Notes: generated from the letters alone by a model not told the origin. Shown: positions 9,268-21,150, counted from the first letter of the stretch. The stretch: DNA of 37,812 nt from an uncultured Aquificales bacterium (GCA_964411615.1 CAYPLO010000005.1:5828-43639), one strand, 5' to 3'. Made by a program: numbers and translations.

Positions 9268-10910
9268 AGAGGGAGATAGCGGAGATTGTAAGGGCTGCCA
9301 TAGAGAGGGCTGTGGACAGGGGGGAGTTGCCCCCCTACCAGGGGCAGGTGCCCGTTGAGTATCCCGACAGGAGGTTTGGGGACTACGCCACCAATGTGGC
9401 TTTCCTTATGGCGAAGGCTGCCAGAAGGGCCCCTAGGGATGTGGCCCAGGTGGTGGCCCGTTATATAGAGGACCCTGAGGTTGAGGATGTCCAGGTGGCG
9501 GGTCCTGGCTTCATAAACATAACCATGAAGCCTTCCTGGTGGCAGGGTATAGTCAGGAGGATTCTTGAGGAGGGGCCATCCTACGGCTCCTCGGACCTGG
9601 GAGGGGGAAAAAGGATTCAGGTGGAGTTCGTCTCCGCCAATCCCACTGGGCCCCTCCATGTGGGACACGGTAGGGGAGCCGCTGTTGGGGACAGCCTCTG
9701 CAGGATACTGGAGAAGGCGGGCTTTGAGGTTGAGAGGGAGTACTACGTCAACGATGCGGGAAGACAGATAAGGATGCTGGGTGAGTCCATCTTAGCCCGC
9801 TGTAAGGAGCTTAAGGGCATACCCGTGGAGTTTCCGGAGGATGGGTACAGGGGGGACTATGTGGTGGAGCTTGCAAAGGAGGCCCTTGAGCAGTTTCCAG
9901 ATATACTGGATATGCCCCACCACGAGGCCGTTGATACCCTTGCCAGGTGGGGTAAGGAGAGGCTGCTCTCCCAGATTCTCGCCGATTTGAAGGAGTTTGG
10001 CGTTGAGTTTGACAGCATCTTCTCCGAGGAGAGCCTCCACAGGGAGGGTAAGGTTGCCCATGCCATAGAGGAGCTGAAAAGAAGGGGCTACGTTTACGAG
10101 AAGGAGGGGGCCCTCTGGTTTGAGTCCACCAGATTTGGTGACGAGAAGGACAGGGTGCTGGTGAGGGCCACAGGTGAGCCCACCTACTTTGCCGCAGATG
10201 TGGCCTACCACAGGGACAAGATGGAGAGGGGATACCACCTCTGCATAGATGTGTGGGGTGCTGACCACCACGGCTATATCCCCAGGGTTAAGGCGGCCCT
10301 TGAGGCCCTGGGTTACGACCCCGACAGGCTCAGGGTGCTCCTGATTCAGATGGTCTCCCTTCTGAAAGGCGGGGAGCCTGTCTCCATGTCCAAGAGGGCA
10401 GGTGAGATTGTGCCCCTCAGGTGGCTTGTGGAGCAGGTGGGCGTGGATGCGGCAAGGTTCATATTCCTCACCCGCAAGTGCGATGCCCATCTTGACTTTG
10501 ATATAGAGGTGGCCAGAAGGCAGACGGAGGATAATCCCGTCTTCTACGTCCAGTACGCCCACGCAAGGATATGCAGTATAGCCCGGATAGCGGGGCAAAG
10601 GGGCATCCCCCTGGACCCCCGCAACGGCGACCTGTCACTGCTGAAGGAAGAGGAGGAGAGGGAGCTTATCAGGAAGCTCGCCCAGTTCCCCGATGTGGTG
10701 GAGTCTTCCGCCAGAAGCTTGGAGCCCCACAGAATCACCTACTACCTGACCGAGCTTGCCTCCCTCTTCCACGGCTACTATAATAGGTTCCGCGTGCTGG
10801 TAGAGGACGAGGCCCTTCGCAACGCCAGATTTGCCCTTTGCGAGGCTGTGAGGGTGGTGGTGAAGGAGGGGCTCAGGCTTCTGGGTGTCTCTGCACCGGA
10901 GGTGATGTGA
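9264..10910 (+). CDS. argS: Arginyl-tRNA synthetase
   Basis: FGDYATNVA, VAGPGFIN, EFVSANPTGPLHVGHGR (HIGH), WGADHHGY, MSKRAG (KMSKS-equivalent), NPVFYVQYAHARICS, GVSAPEVM. Confidence 0.99.
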   Translation: MKREIAEIVRAAIERAVDRGELPPYQGQVPVEYPDRRFGDYATNVAFLMAKAARRAPRDVAQVVARYIEDPEVEDVQVAGPGFINITMKPSWWQGIVRRILEEGPSYGSSDLGGGKRIQVEFVSANPTGPLHVGHGRGAAVGDSLCRILEKAGFEVEREYYVNDAGRQIRMLGESILARCKELKGIPVEFPEDGYRGDYVVELAKEALEQFPDILDMPHHEAVDTLARWGKERLLSQILADLKEFGVEFDSIFSEESLHREGKVAHAIEELKRRGYVYEKEGALWFESTRFGDEKDRVLVRATGEPTYFAADVAYHRDKMERGYHLCIDVWGADHHGYIPRVKAALEALGYDPDRLRVLLIQMVSLLKGGEPVSMSKRAGEIVPLRWLVEQVGVDAARFIFLTRKCDAHLDFDIEVARRQTEDNPVFYVQYAHARICSIARIAGQRGIPLDPRNGDLSLLKEEEERELIRKLAQFPDVVESSARSLEPHRITYYLTELASLFHGYYNRFRVLVEDEALRNARFALCEAVRVVVKEGLRLLGVSAPEVM

Positions 10911-11488
10911 TGTCCAACGGTAAAAAGGGCGGTGTGTACACCTTCACCCTCAAGAGGAAGGAGCTGCTGGCGGTCCTTGCAGGACTTATCGTCACCTACG
11001 TAATGGTCTTCATCCTCGGATATACCTTGGGCAAGGAGTCCTCCCCTGTGGTTCCCGTGGAGCAGCCTGTGGTTCAGGAGGAGACGGCTCCTCCACCTCA
11101 GATACCCCCTGCCCCTCAGATGACGGAACAACCCGTTGCCGAGACTCAGAAGGCTCCCCCTGCCCCTGCTCCGGAGGCACCCTCTGAGAATCAGACCCCT
11201 TCTCAAAAGGCCCAGGCCAGTGTGGAGATTCCCATTAAGCCCGTAAAGAGGATGGAGGCGAAGGAGCCCTTCAGGTACTTTGTGCAGGCAGGGGCCTTCT
11301 CCAAGAAATCCTCCGCAGAGGCCCTCAAAAGGAGGCTTCAGAGCAAGGGGTATAAGGTTCAGATAAGGAAGATAGGGGGGCTCTACAAGGTCCTTATAGG
11401 TCCCTTCATGACCCAGGAGGAGGCGTGCAAGAGCAAGAAGAGACTCATAAGGGATGAGAAGATTTACGGCTATACTGTTAAGTATTAG
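10910..11488 (+). CDS. SPOR-domain cell division protein (FtsN/DedD-like)
   Basis: Single N-terminal TM helix, Pro/Gln-rich linker, C-terminal SPOR (YFVQAGAFSKKSSAEAL...YKVLIGPF). ATG 10910 overlaps the argS stop (TGATG) with SD GGAGGT. argS-SPOR adjacency is familiar from proteobacteria. Confidence 0.88.
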   Translation: MSNGKKGGVYTFTLKRKELLAVLAGLIVTYVMVFILGYTLGKESSPVVPVEQPVVQEETAPPPQIPPAPQMTEQPVAETQKAPPAPAPEAPSENQTPSQKAQASVEIPIKPVKRMEAKEPFRYFVQAGAFSKKSSAEALKRRLQSKGYKVQIRKIGGLYKVLIGPFMTQEEACKSKKRLIRDEKIYGYTVKY

Positions 11489-12314
11489 CCTCGCCTCTGC
11501 GGCCTGGGCCCTTGAGGTGTGCGTACCTCCCGGTGCTTCCACGAGACAGCTTCAGGAACTCAACGGCGTTGAGCTTGCGCTTGAGGAGGAGGGGGTACCC
11601 TTCACCAGGAGCTTCAACTGCACCCAGGTGGAGCTGAGGTATCCCGGGGGTGTTCTTAAGGTGGACTCACTTTTGCCTTCTGCCGATGAAGAGGCTTCAC
11701 AGATAGCATCACTGGTGGATGGTAGCCGTGTGGCTGTGGTTTACAGTGATAACTTGGAGGAGCTCGCCTCCAAGGTGGTCTCCCTGATAGGGGAGGAGAG
11801 GGTGCTCTTTGAGTACAGGTACAGGCCCGGGGAGAAGAACTACTCCGATATCCTGAGGCCCTTAGTTGAGCTGAAGGATGTTAACCGGCAGAGGATAGAT
11901 ACGGTTGTGTTCCTGGGGGGGTATCAGGAGGCCATTCTGATACTCCCCTTCTTCAGGATTTTCCATCCCTTTCCCAAGGTGGTTGCCAGCTGGAGGATAT
12001 ACCACCCCCTCATCTTCGCCTACAGGAGCTTCATGAACACGGTGGTCTTCTACGAGTGGTGCCCCCTGTGGGAGCCCCTCATCCACATAAGGGGGTTTGT
12101 TGTTAGGTACCTGCAGAAGTACAGGAAGGTGCCCACCCGCTTTGCTGCCCTGGGTTACGATGCGGCGAGGATTGTGGTTAAGGCCCTTGAGGAGAATCTG
12201 CCTGTTGAGCAGGTGAGGATATTGGGCGTTACGGGCCTTATCTCCCTCGGGAGAAGGGTCTACCTGCTGGTCAAGGTGAGGAACCTTCCCCGCATTCCGC
12301 CCCCTGTCTATTGA
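11454..12314 (+). CDS. Secreted periplasmic-binding-protein type I fold protein (LppC/LpoA C-domain-like), function uncertain
   Basis: Signal peptide ending AWA. RVAVVYSDN, Y.PGEKNYSD.L, FVVRY..KY..VPTRFAALGYDAARIV and GVTGLI resemble the C-terminal half of LppC/branched-chain-binding folds. Confidence 0.55.
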   Translation: MRRFTAILLSISLASAAWALEVCVPPGASTRQLQELNGVELALEEEGVPFTRSFNCTQVELRYPGGVLKVDSLLPSADEEASQIASLVDGSRVAVVYSDNLEELASKVVSLIGEERVLFEYRYRPGEKNYSDILRPLVELKDVNRQRIDTVVFLGGYQEAILILPFFRIFHPFPKVVASWRIYHPLIFAYRSFMNTVVFYEWCPLWEPLIHIRGFVVRYLQKYRKVPTRFAALGYDAARIVVKALEENLPVEQVRILGVTGLISLGRRVYLLVKVRNLPRIPPPVY

Positions 12315-12362
12315 TTTGCAACTTGTGTTTTGTTTAGTATCTCCCTAACCGTTAAGTTGGGG
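12311..12362 (+). promoter_or_regulatory. Promoter and putative TetR operator upstream of the tetR-emrAB unit
   Basis: TTGATT (12311-16), 18 nt, TAGTAT (12335-40). Downstream imperfect inverted repeat CCCTAAC-CGTTAA-GTTGGGG (12343-12362), 6/7 complementary, abutting the SD. Confidence 0.45.
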
Positions 12363-12371
12363 AGGTGTACC

Positions 12372-12974
12372 ATGAAGGATATCAGGGAGAGGATACTGAG
12401 GAAGGCCTTCAATCTCTTCTCCAAGAAGGGCTTTGAAGGCACCAAGATGGACGATATCGCCAACGCCGTGGGCATCAACAAGGCCACCATCTACTACTAC
12501 TTTGAAAGCAAAAAGTCGTTATATCAGGAGGTGCTCTACAGGAGGATGTCCGAATTTTACATGAAGGTGGTTGAGGTGGTTGACGAGCTGGGAGATACCC
12601 CCCAGGAGATGGTCACCCACCTTGTGGACCTGTACTTTGACTTCTTCCTCAAGAATCAGACCCTCTGGAGGCTCTACCTGAGGGAGATATGCAACGGTGG
12701 CAAGTACCTAAGGGATGTGATAAAACGGTTGGTCAGGGAGAACCCCCTCTTTAAGAAGGGAGGTATGCCTGTAAAGCTGGAGGAGATGGGGGTTACGGAG
12801 GGACTGGAAAGCGATGGACTGCACGTTTGGTTGAACGTTCTGGGTATGATATTCGTCCACTTCCTCTTTTATCCCTTTGTTGAGGAGGTTACCGGGGTGA
12901 AGGTTGACGATGAGTTTGTGGAGAACAGGAAGAAGAGCGTTCTGGAGTTCCTGGAGAGGGCCATATGGCGGTGA
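12372..12974 (+). CDS. TetR/AcrR-family transcriptional regulator
   Basis: [46 protein letters not shown]. Start reassigned to ATG 12372 (SD GGGAGGT). Confidence 0.93.
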   Translation: MKDIRERILRKAFNLFSKKGFEGTKMDDIANAVGINKATIYYYFESKKSLYQEVLYRRMSEFYMKVVEVVDELGDTPQEMVTHLVDLYFDFFLKNQTLWRLYLREICNGGKYLRDVIKRLVRENPLFKKGGMPVKLEEMGVTEGLESDGLHVWLNVLGMIFVHFLFYPFVEEVTGVKVDDEFVENRKKSVLEFLERAIWR

Positions 12975-14056
12975 AGGTCTCGCCTAAAAGAGCCCTCGGT
13001 TTCTCACTGGTTCTGCTTCTGGCCCTCTATGGGCTGTGGCGCTTCGGCCACTGGCTCTACTACAGGTATACCCACGCCTACACCGAGGATGCCTTCGTTG
13101 AGGCGGATATAATAAACGTGTCCCCTTTGGTTCCTGGCCATATAGCGAAGGTGCTGGTTGACGAGTCCCAGAAGGTCAAGAAGGGGCAACTGCTCTTTCT
13201 TATAGATGACAGGGACTACAGGGCCGCATACCTTCTGGCGAAGGCCAGACTGGAGCACGCCGTAAGCAGGCTTGATGTTCTCAACAGGAAACTGGCACAG
13301 GCCGAGGACGCCTACAGACTTACCAAGCTGTTAGTGGAGGATGGAATAAGGGCTGCAAGGCACGACCTTGAGCAGGTGAAGGCAAGATACGAGAGGGTTA
13401 GGCGCGATTATGTCAGGTTCAAGAACCTCTACGAGAGAAAGGCCATAGGTAAGTTCAAATTTGACAGGGTGAAGGAGGAGTTCAGGAGGGTCTCTGAGCT
13501 GTTGAAAATCAAGCAGATTAGGCTCAGGATGGCCATGTCAAAGCGTATAGAGGTCTCTATAAAAGAGAGGCAGATAGAGGAGCTCAAAAGCGAGATAGCA
13601 TCGGCTAAGAAGGCCGTAGAGGAGGCCAGAAGGGCCCTTGAGGTTGCCAGGGTTAAGCTTGAGCACACTAAGGTCAAATCTCCCATAGACGGTGTCGTCG
13701 CCAAGAAGTACCTGCATAGAGGGGACTTCGCCTCTGCAGGGTATCCCGTTCTTGCCCTCTACGACCCTTCCAAGGTCTATGTCCTTGCCAACCTTGAGGA
13801 GACCCGGTTTGAGGGGGTTAAGGTGGGAAATCCCGTGGATATATGGGTGGATGCCTACCCCGGTAGGGTGTTCAAGGGTAGGGTGATGAAGATTCTCCCG
13901 GCAAGCGCCGCCAAGTTCGCCCTCATACCCAGGGATGTGACGGCGGGGGAGTTCACAAAGGTGGTGCAGAGGATTCCCATAAAGATAGAGATACTGGGTG
14001 AGGGCAAGGACCTTCTCATCCCCGGCATGTCTGTGGAGGTGGGTATAGCTAAGTGA
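12965..14056 (+). CDS. emrA: EmrA-like HlyD-family membrane fusion protein
   Basis: N-terminal [11 protein letters not shown], lipoyl halves VSPLVPGHI and VKSPIDGVV, long coiled coil, [31 protein letters not shown]. Confidence 0.9.
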   Translation: MAVKVSPKRALGFSLVLLLALYGLWRFGHWLYYRYTHAYTEDAFVEADIINVSPLVPGHIAKVLVDESQKVKKGQLLFLIDDRDYRAAYLLAKARLEHAVSRLDVLNRKLAQAEDAYRLTKLLVEDGIRAARHDLEQVKARYERVRRDYVRFKNLYERKAIGKFKFDRVKEEFRRVSELLKIKQIRLRMAMSKRIEVSIKERQIEELKSEIASAKKAVEEARRALEVARVKLEHTKVKSPIDGVVAKKYLHRGDFASAGYPVLALYDPSKVYVLANLEETRFEGVKVGNPVDIWVDAYPGRVFKGRVMKILPASAAKFALIPRDVTAGEFTKVVQRIPIKIEILGEGKDLLIPGMSVEVGIAK

Positions 14057-15603
14057 ACTCCGATAGGGTCAATCCCTGGGTTGTTGCCGCCATCTGTGTT
14101 CCCGTTCTCCTCATGGTCATTCTGGATACCACCGTTGTGGATGTGATTATCCCCCACATGATGGCGGCCCTCTCTGTGGACTACTACGATATCCAGTGGG
14201 TTGTGATAGCCTACATGGTGGCTGCCGCCGTGGTCATGCCCGCCTTTGACTGGCTCTCGTCCCGCTTCAGCTACAAGTGGCTTTTTGTTGCCGGAACCAC
14301 CCTCTTCGTCCTTGCCAGCATCTCCTGCGGGCAGGCCAGGTCCTTCTGGGTGATGATTGTGAGCAGGGTGTTTCAGGGGGCCGGTGAGGGTATAGTGGTG
14401 CCCACAGTCACCTCCATGGTCTTCCTCTCCTTCCCTCCTGAGAAGAGGGGCATGGCCATGGGACTTGTTGGGGTCGGTGCCACCATGGGCCCTGCCCTTG
14501 GCCCCACCCTGGGAGGCTACGTTACGGAGCATATAAGCTGGAGGTGGGCCTTCTACATAAACGTCCCTATAGGGTTCACCCTTGTTGTGGCGGCCCTTAT
14601 GTTCCTCCCCTCCTTCTCCTTGGAGAAGCGGAGGACCCCCTTCGACTTCTGGGGCTTTCTCTTCTGCACCGTCTTCCTCTCCTCCTTTCTCGTGGCGGTC
14701 TCAAAGGGGCAGGAGAAGCAGTGGTTCTCCTCCGACTTCATACTCTACCTCTTCATAACCGCCGCCATCTCTTTCGTGCTTTTTGTTGTGGTGGAGCTGA
14801 AGAGTCCCCATCCCTTCGTTCAGCTCAAGGTCTTCAGGTACAGGGGCTTTTCCGCTTCCATGCTTATAAGGCTCGTCTTCGGTGGCTCCATCTACGGCTC
14901 CTTCTTTCTGGTGCCCATATACTGCGAGAAGCTCAGGATGTATCCCACCTTCATAACGGGGCTCATAATGCTTCCGGGGGCCCTCACCAACGGGCTGGGG
15001 ACCATGGTCTCCGGAAGGCTCGTTGACAGGTTTGACCCGAGGAGGCTGCTCTTCATCGCCCTCATCCTCATGGCTGTGGGTCTTCACAGGTTGAGCTTCC
15101 TTGACCTTTACACCCCCAAGGAGGTTATCGCCTTTGAGCTGGTCTTCTTCTTCCTCTTCATAGGCATGACCTTCACCCCCCTCAACTACATATCCCTCAC
15201 CTCGGTTCCCCGGAAGTACACCGATGTGGGAGCCTCCATGATACACGTGGTGAGGTTCATAGCGGGTTCCGTGGGGACCGCTGTGGCCACCAACCGCTTT
15301 GAGTACATGTCGGGGCACCACTTCACCGGCATGACGGAGAGGCTCACCTACTCGAACCTCGTCCTCAGGCACGCCTGGGCAAAGCTGACCGGGTACATGT
15401 ACTCAAAGGCCCAGGTTATATCCCAGATAAAGCCCAAGGTGCTGGCGGCCCTGAAGCAGCTGATAACCCTCAGGTCCTACGTATATGCCTTTCAGGACTG
15501 CATGAATCTTTTTTCCATTGCTTGCTTAGCTGTGTTGGCCCTGGTATTTCTGATACCTAAAATAAATCTGGATGCGGGGAGGAGAGATGAAGGTAGAGAT
15601 TGA
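14053..15603 (+). CDS. emrB: EmrB/QacA-like DHA2 MFS efflux permease
   Basis: [26 protein letters not shown], motif [24 protein letters not shown], many TM segments. GTGA overlap with emrA. Confidence 0.92.
   Translation: MNSDRVNPWVVAAICVPVLLMVILDTTVVDVIIPHMMAALSVDYYDIQWVVIAYMVAAAVVMPAFDWLSSRFSYKWLFVAGTTLFVLASISCGQARSFWVMIVSRVFQGAGEGIVVPTVTSMVFLSFPPEKRGMAMGLVGVGATMGPALGPTLGGYVTEHISWRWAFYINVPIGFTLVVAALMFLPSFSLEKRRTPFDFWGFLFCTVFLSSFLVAVSKGQEKQWFSSDFILYLFITAAISFVLFVVVELKSPHPFVQLKVFRYRGFSASMLIRLVFGGSIYGSFFLVPIYCEKLRMYPTFITGLIMLPGALTNGLGTMVSGRLVDRFDPRRLLFIALILMAVGLHRLSFLDLYTPKEVIAFELVFFFLFIGMTFTPLNYISLTSVPRKYTDVGASMIHVVRFIAGSVGTAVATNRFEYMSGHHFTGMTERLTYSNLVLRHAWAKLTGYMYSKAQVISQIKPKVLAALKQLITLRSYVYAFQDCMNLFSIACLAVLALVFLIPKINLDAGRRDEGRD
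15522..15550 (+). promoter_or_regulatory. Possible internal promoter for tig-clpP-clpX-lon inside the 3' end of emrB
   Basis: TTGCTT (15522-27), 17-nt spacer ending TGG, TATTTC (15545-50), in a locally AT-rich patch about 35 nt before the tig ATG. Confidence 0.35.
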
Positions 15604-16921
15604 GGAGCTTGAGCCCTGTAAGAAGTCCATAAAGGTGGAGATTCCTCAGGAGAGGGTGGACGAGGCCTTCTCTCAGATTTACCAGCAGCTCAAAAGGGAG
15701 GTGAGGATACCCGGATTCAGACCGGGCAGGGCCCCTGTGTCCATAGTGAGGGCGAGGTTCGGAGACTACGCCAAGGCTCAGGTCATGGAGAACCTGCTGA
15801 AGGAGGCCTACGACAAGATAGTCTCCGAGCATGAGCTGTCCCCCTACGGGGAGCCGGAGGTTAAGGATGTGGACTTTGACGAGGGCAAGCCCTTCCGCTT
15901 CACCATCGTCATGGAGGTGAACCCCGACTTTGAGCTCGAGGACTACACCCAGATAGAGGTTGAACGCAGGAAATTTTTGATAACCGACGAGTTTGTGGAG
16001 AACTTCCTCAACAACCTGAGGAGAGATTTGGCCACCCTTGAGGAGAAGGACGGCCCTGCGGAGATGGGGGATGTGGTGGTCCTCGATTACGAAGCCATAG
16101 TTGAGGGGGTTGAGCCCACAAAGGTTGAGGGAGCGGTTGTGAACCTTGGAGCCGGTGAGACTATAAAGGGCTTTGACGAGAACGTGGTTGGTAAAAAGGC
16201 GGGCGATGAGTTTGAGGTGGAGCTCACCTACCCCGAGGACTACTTTGATAAGGAGGTGGCGGGCAAGAAGGTCCTCTTCAAGTGCAGGCTGAAGAAGGTC
16301 CAGCGTAAGGTTATCCCTGAGTTGGACGATGAGTTTGCAAAGAGGTTCAATGTTGACAGTGTTGAGGCCCTGAGGGAGAAGGTGAGGGCTGAGCTTGAGC
16401 AGAAGTTTGAGGACCTCTCAAAGCGGATAGCCATGTCCCAGCTGGCAGAGAGGCTTGTTCAGCAGTATGACTTTCCCGTCCCTCCCTCCTTCGTTGATAA
16501 GCTGGTTGAGGAGAAACTGAACAGATACGAGATGGACCTCAGGCTCAAGGGTGTTAAGCCTGAAAAGGAGGAGCTTGAGGAGAAGAGGGAGGAGTTCAGG
16601 GAGGAGGCCGTAAAGGAGATACGCCTGCTCTACGTGCTCAAAAAGATAGCGAAGGAGGAGGGGATAGAGGTCACCAGGGGGGATGTTGAGGCTCAGCTTG
16701 AGGGCCTCTCCAATAGGTTCAACATCCCCGTGGAGAACCTGGTTGAGATGATGAGGAGCACGGGCAGGCTCACCGGCATGATAGAGGAGCTGCTCCAGAC
16801 CAAGGTCCTTGAACATCTCCTGGGCAAGGTTAAAGTTAAAGAGGTGGAGATTGACGCCATGGAGTACGAGAAGGAGAAGACTCAGGAGGGGGCCGATGCC
16901 TCTGATTCCCATAGTGGTTGA
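15587..16921 (+). CDS. tig: Trigger factor
   Basis: Ribosome-binding signature [14 protein letters not shown] domain, [11 protein letters not shown]. Start reassigned to ATG 15587 (SD GGGGAGGAG). Confidence 0.96.
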   Translation: MKVEIEELEPCKKSIKVEIPQERVDEAFSQIYQQLKREVRIPGFRPGRAPVSIVRARFGDYAKAQVMENLLKEAYDKIVSEHELSPYGEPEVKDVDFDEGKPFRFTIVMEVNPDFELEDYTQIEVERRKFLITDEFVENFLNNLRRDLATLEEKDGPAEMGDVVVLDYEAIVEGVEPTKVEGAVVNLGAGETIKGFDENVVGKKAGDEFEVELTYPEDYFDKEVAGKKVLFKCRLKKVQRKVIPELDDEFAKRFNVDSVEALREKVRAELEQKFEDLSKRIAMSQLAERLVQQYDFPVPPSFVDKLVEEKLNRYEMDLRLKGVKPEKEELEEKREEFREEAVKEIRLLYVLKKIAKEEGIEVTRGDVEAQLEGLSNRFNIPVENLVEMMRSTGRLTGMIEELLQTKVLEHLLGKVKVKEVEIDAMEYEKEKTQEGADASDSHSG

Positions 16922-17501
16922 GCAGACGGAAAGGGGTGAGAGGGCCTACGACATATACTCCAGGCTCTTAAAGGACAGGATAATCTTCCTGGGGACCCCC
17001 ATAGATGACAACGTTGCCAATCTGGTGGTGGCCCAGCTCCTCTTCCTTGAGGCTGAGGACCCGGAAAAGGACATATACCTCTACATAAACTCCCCCGGCG
17101 GCTCCATCACTGCGGGGCTGGCCATATACGACACCATGCAGTACATAAAGCCCGATGTGAGCACCATATGCGTGGGGCAGGCGGCCTCCATGGCCGCTGT
17201 GCTTCTGGCCGCCGGTGCCAAGGGTAAGAGGTACGCCCTTCCCCATTCCCGCATAATGATTCACCAGCCCATGGGTGGCATCCAGGGACAGGCCAAGGAG
17301 ATAGAGATACACGCCAAGGAGATTCTCAAGCTCAAGGAGACCCTTGAGAGCATACTGGCCAAACACACGGGACAGCCCATAGAGAGGATAAAGGAGGATA
17401 CCGACAGGGACTACTTCATGAGCCCTGAGGAGGCCAAGAAGTACGGTATCGTGGACCAGGTGATAACCACCCGTCAGAGGACGGGCAGGAGGAGAAGGTG
17501 A
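16896..17501 (+). CDS. clpP: ATP-dependent Clp protease proteolytic subunit
   Basis: [47 protein letters not shown] (catalytic Ser), [13 protein letters not shown]. Start reassigned to ATG 16896 (SD AGGAGG). Confidence 0.98.
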   Translation: MPLIPIVVEQTERGERAYDIYSRLLKDRIIFLGTPIDDNVANLVVAQLLFLEAEDPEKDIYLYINSPGGSITAGLAIYDTMQYIKPDVSTICVGQAASMAAVLLAAGAKGKRYALPHSRIMIHQPMGGIQGQAKEIEIHAKEILKLKETLESILAKHTGQPIERIKEDTDRDYFMSPEEAKKYGIVDQVITTRQRTGRRRR

Positions 17502-18724
17502 TGTTTGACCAGGGCCCAGATGTGAGGTGCTCCTTCTGCGGTAAGAGCCAGAGGGAGGTTAAAAAACTTATAGCGGGTCCGGGGGTCTATATATGCGATA
17601 GATGCGTGGCCCTGTGCAACAGGATAATAAAGAACAGCGAAAGGGAGACGGAGGAGCACAGGCCCGAGAGGCTCCCCACCCCCAGGGAGATAAAGGAGTT
17701 TCTGGACCAGTACGTGATAGGACAGGAGAGGGCCAAGAAGGTCATCTCCGTTGCCGTCTACAACCACTACAAGAGGGTCTTCAGCGGGGTTTCAGATGAC
17801 GATGTTGAGCTTCAGAAGTCCAACATACTGCTCATAGGCCCCACAGGCTCAGGTAAGACCCTTATAGCCCAGAGCCTTGCAAAGCTCCTGGATGTTCCCT
17901 TTGCCATAGCCGATGCCACAACCCTCACAGAGGCGGGCTACGTTGGGGAGGATGTGGAGAATGTGCTTCTCAGGCTCATTCAGGCGGCGGACTATGACAT
18001 AAGCAGGGCGGAGATAGGTATCGTCTACATAGACGAGATAGACAAGATAGCCAGAAAGTCTGAGAATCCCTCCATCACCAGGGATGTGTCTGGGGAGGGT
18101 GTCCAGCAGGCCCTATTGAAGATACTTGAGGGAACGGTGGCCAACGTCCCTCCCCAGGGTGGCAGGAAGCACCCCCACCAGGAGATGATTCAGATAGACA
18201 CCACGAATATACTTTTCATATGCGGTGGCGCCTTTGTGGGGCTTGAGAGAATCATAGAGAGGCGTATAGGCAGGTCTTCCATAGGGTTCGGCAAGGAGAG
18301 CAGGAAGGTCTCAACTGAGGACATACTCTCCCAGGTTCAGCCCATAGACCTGATAAAGTACGGCATGATACCGGAGTTTGTGGGGAGGGTTCCCGTGATT
18401 GCCACCCTCCACAAGCTCACCGAGGATGACCTATATAGGATACTGGTTGAGCCCAAGAACGCTCTGGTCAAGCAGTACTCCAAGATGTTTGAGATGGAGG
18501 GGGTGAAGCTCACCTTCAGCGAGGGGGCTCTGAGGTTAATAGCCAAGGAGGCCATAAAGAGGGGACTCGGTGCAAGGGGTCTCAGGGCTATAATGGAGGA
18601 GATTATGCTCGATATAATGTATGAGCTGCCCTCCCTTTCGGGGCAGGTGAAGGAGTGCATAGTGAACGAGGATGTGGTGAAGAAGGGCAAAGACCCGATA
18701 CTTGTCTATCAGAAGGCCAGCTGA
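17501..18724 (+). CDS. clpX: ATP-dependent Clp protease ATP-binding subunit ClpX
   Basis: C4 zinc finger CSFCGK...ICDRC, Walker [13 protein letters not shown] loop, IDEIDK, RKH and IGF loops. Start is ATG 17501 or GTG 17498. Confidence 0.98.
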   Translation: MFDQGPDVRCSFCGKSQREVKKLIAGPGVYICDRCVALCNRIIKNSERETEEHRPERLPTPREIKEFLDQYVIGQERAKKVISVAVYNHYKRVFSGVSDDDVELQKSNILLIGPTGSGKTLIAQSLAKLLDVPFAIADATTLTEAGYVGEDVENVLLRLIQAADYDISRAEIGIVYIDEIDKIARKSENPSITRDVSGEGVQQALLKILEGTVANVPPQGGRKHPHQEMIQIDTTNILFICGGAFVGLERIIERRIGRSSIGFGKESRKVSTEDILSQVQPIDLIKYGMIPEFVGRVPVIATLHKLTEDDLYRILVEPKNALVKQYSKMFEMEGVKLTFSEGALRLIAKEAIKRGLGARGLRAIMEEIMLDIMYELPSLSGQVKECIVNEDVVKKGKDPILVYQKAS

Positions 18725-18734
18725 GGTGGCGGGT

Positions 18735-21116
18735 ATGGATGAGCTGAACAGGCTGTATCCTGTTATACCGCTGAGGGACCTGGTGGTCTTCCCCGGCACC
18801 ATAGTGCCCCTGTTTGTGGGAAGGGAGAGGTCTGTAAGGGCCACTGAGGCAGCCCTCAAGGGAGATAAGAGGCTCTTTCTCGTCACCCAGAGGGATGCCG
18901 AGGTGGAGGAGCCCTCAAGGGGGGACCTCTACGGTGTTGGGGTTGTGGCTTCAATAGTCCAGAGCGTGAAGCTTCCCGATGGCACCATAAAGATGCTGGT
19001 TGAAGGATTGTACAGGGCCAGGCTGATTGAGCTTGATGAGGATGGTCCCTATTACAGGGCCAAGGTCCTTCCCATAACGTCTCCTGAGCCCTCCATGGGA
19101 GAGGGGGAGGCTCTCAGGAGGCTGGTTGAGGAGGCCTTTGAGAAGTACGCCAAGATGAGCCAGAAGGTGCCGTCGGAGGCGGTGGACTCCCTGAAGGAGG
19201 TATGGAACCTGGGTAGGTTTGCGGACACCGTGGCCTTCCACCTTGCGGTGAAGACCCAGGATAAGCAGAGGGTCCTCTCCACCGTTGATGTGGCCGAGAG
19301 GCTTAAGCTGGTCTACGCCTTACTCCTTTCCGAGATAGAGATACTTGAGGTTGAGCAGCGGATAAAGGAGGAGGTGAAGAAGCAGATAGAGCGGAACCAG
19401 AAGGAGTACTACCTGAACGAGCAGCTCAAGGCCATCCAGAAGGAGCTGGGAAGGGGGGCCTACGACGAGATAGAGGAGCTGAGGCAGGCCATAGAGAAGG
19501 CGGGTATGCCCCCTGAGGTCAGGAAGAAGGCGGAGGCGGAGCTCAAGAAGTTTGAGCTCATGCCCCCCACATCTGCAGAAGCCACAGTGGTCAGGAACTA
19601 CTTGGACTGGCTGGTGAACCTTCCCTGGAGCAAGAGGAGCAGGGACAGGCTGGATCTGGACAGGGCCAAGGAGATACTTGACGAGGACCACTACGGCCTC
19701 AGGGAGGTGAAGGAGAGGATACTGGAGTACCTGGCTGTAAGAAAACGCACCAAGAGCAACAAGGGGCCGATACTGTGCTTCGTGGGTCCACCGGGTGTTG
19801 GGAAGACCTCACTGGGTAAGTCCATAGCCAGGGCCATGGGGAGGCGTTTTGTGAGGGTCTCTCTGGGTGGTGTCCGCGATGAGGCCGAGATAAGGGGGCA
19901 CAGGAGGACATACGTGGGTGCCCTTCCCGGCAGAATCATCCAGATGATGAGGAGGGCGGGCACCAAGAATCCGGTGATGATGCTGGACGAGATAGACAAG
20001 CTGGGCTCTGACTTCAGGGGTGACCCCTCCTCTGCCCTTCTTGAGGTGCTGGACCCTGAGCAGAACAGCAGGTTCAGCGACCATTATCTTGGGGTGGACT
20101 TTGACCTTTCCGAGGTCTTCTTCATAGCCACTGCCAACGTCCTTCACACCATACCCAAGCCCCTTCTGGACAGGATGGAGGTGATAAGGATACCGGGTTA
20201 CACTGAGGTTGAGAAGCTCCACATAGCCAGGGACTATCTTCTGCCCAAGCAGATAAAGGCCCATGGCATAAGGGAAGGGGAGCTTGTGGTTCCCGATGGG
20301 ATACTGATGCGCATCATCAGGGAGTACACTAAGGAGGCAGGGGTAAGGAACCTTGAGAGGGAGATAGCCAAGCTCTGCCGGAAGGTGGTTAAGGGTATAT
20401 CCACGGGGGAGCTGAAGGCCCCTGTGGAGGTGGATGACAGACTGCTTGAGAGGCTCTTAGGGGTTCCCAAGTACAAGAGGCAGGGGGCCCTTGAGAAGCC
20501 CGAGGTTGGGGTTGTTCAGGGGCTTGCCTGGACGGAGAACGGAGGTGAGCTTCTGTTCACGGAGGTTGTGGCGGTTGAGGGCAAAGGAGAGCTGATACTT
20601 ACGGGGCAGCTCGGTGATGTGATGAAGGAGTCGGCCAAGGCCGCCCTCACCTACGTGAGGTCCAGGAGGGAGGTGCTGGGAATCCCCAGGGACTTCCACA
20701 AGCTCTTTGATCTTCACATACACGTTCCCGAGGGTGCCATCCCCAAGGACGGCCCCTCGGCGGGTATAACCATAGCCACCGCCATAGCCAGTGCTCTGTC
20801 CGGATACCCCGTGAGGAACGATGTGGCCATGACGGGGGAGATAACCCTCAGGGGTAAGGTGTTGCCCGTTGGGGGATTAAAAGAGAAGCTTCTTGCCGCC
20901 AAAAGGAGCGGCATAAAGAGGGTGATAATACCCAAGGAGAACGAGAAGGACCTGGCGGAGGTTGAAGAAGAGATAAAGGAGGGTCTGGAGATAATACCCG
21001 TTGAGGATATGGACCAGGTCCTTGCCCTTGCCCTTGTGGGCTGGTCGGCCCAGGGGGAGAGGGTTCCTGTTCCTGAGCCTGTCCGCTACCAGCAGGATAG
21101 GCTCCACATAACTTGA
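18735..21116 (+). CDS. lon: ATP-dependent Lon protease
   Basis: [10 protein letters not shown]-domain, [28 protein letters not shown] (catalytic Ser), VGGLKEK. Start reassigned to ATG 18735 (SD GAGGTGG). Confidence 0.98.
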   Translation: MDELNRLYPVIPLRDLVVFPGTIVPLFVGRERSVRATEAALKGDKRLFLVTQRDAEVEEPSRGDLYGVGVVASIVQSVKLPDGTIKMLVEGLYRARLIELDEDGPYYRAKVLPITSPEPSMGEGEALRRLVEEAFEKYAKMSQKVPSEAVDSLKEVWNLGRFADTVAFHLAVKTQDKQRVLSTVDVAERLKLVYALLLSEIEILEVEQRIKEEVKKQIERNQKEYYLNEQLKAIQKELGRGAYDEIEELRQAIEKAGMPPEVRKKAEAELKKFELMPPTSAEATVVRNYLDWLVNLPWSKRSRDRLDLDRAKEILDEDHYGLREVKERILEYLAVRKRTKSNKGPILCFVGPPGVGKTSLGKSIARAMGRRFVRVSLGGVRDEAEIRGHRRTYVGALPGRIIQMMRRAGTKNPVMMLDEIDKLGSDFRGDPSSALLEVLDPEQNSRFSDHYLGVDFDLSEVFFIATANVLHTIPKPLLDRMEVIRIPGYTEVEKLHIARDYLLPKQIKAHGIREGELVVPDGILMRIIREYTKEAGVRNLEREIAKLCRKVVKGISTGELKAPVEVDDRLLERLLGVPKYKRQGALEKPEVGVVQGLAWTENGGELLFTEVVAVEGKGELILTGQLGDVMKESAKAALTYVRSRREVLGIPRDFHKLFDLHIHVPEGAIPKDGPSAGITIATAIASALSGYPVRNDVAMTGEITLRGKVLPVGGLKEKLLAAKRSGIKRVIIPKENEKDLAEVEEEIKEGLEIIPVEDMDQVLALALVGWSAQGERVPVPEPVRYQQDRLHIT

Positions 21117-21141
21117 ACTCTTCGTTTGATAAGTATATCAT
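21113..21141 (+). promoter_or_regulatory. Sigma70-type promoter for the mla operon
   Basis: TTGAAC (21113-18), exactly 17 nt, TATCAT (21136-41), spanning the AT-rich 34-nt gap after lon. Confidence 0.55.
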
Positions 21142-21150
21142 CATTTCCTG

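Noticed and set aside
11040..11220. Pro/Gln/Ala-rich low-complexity stretch
   Set aside because: Ordinary disordered linker of a SPOR protein, not a DNA repeat array.
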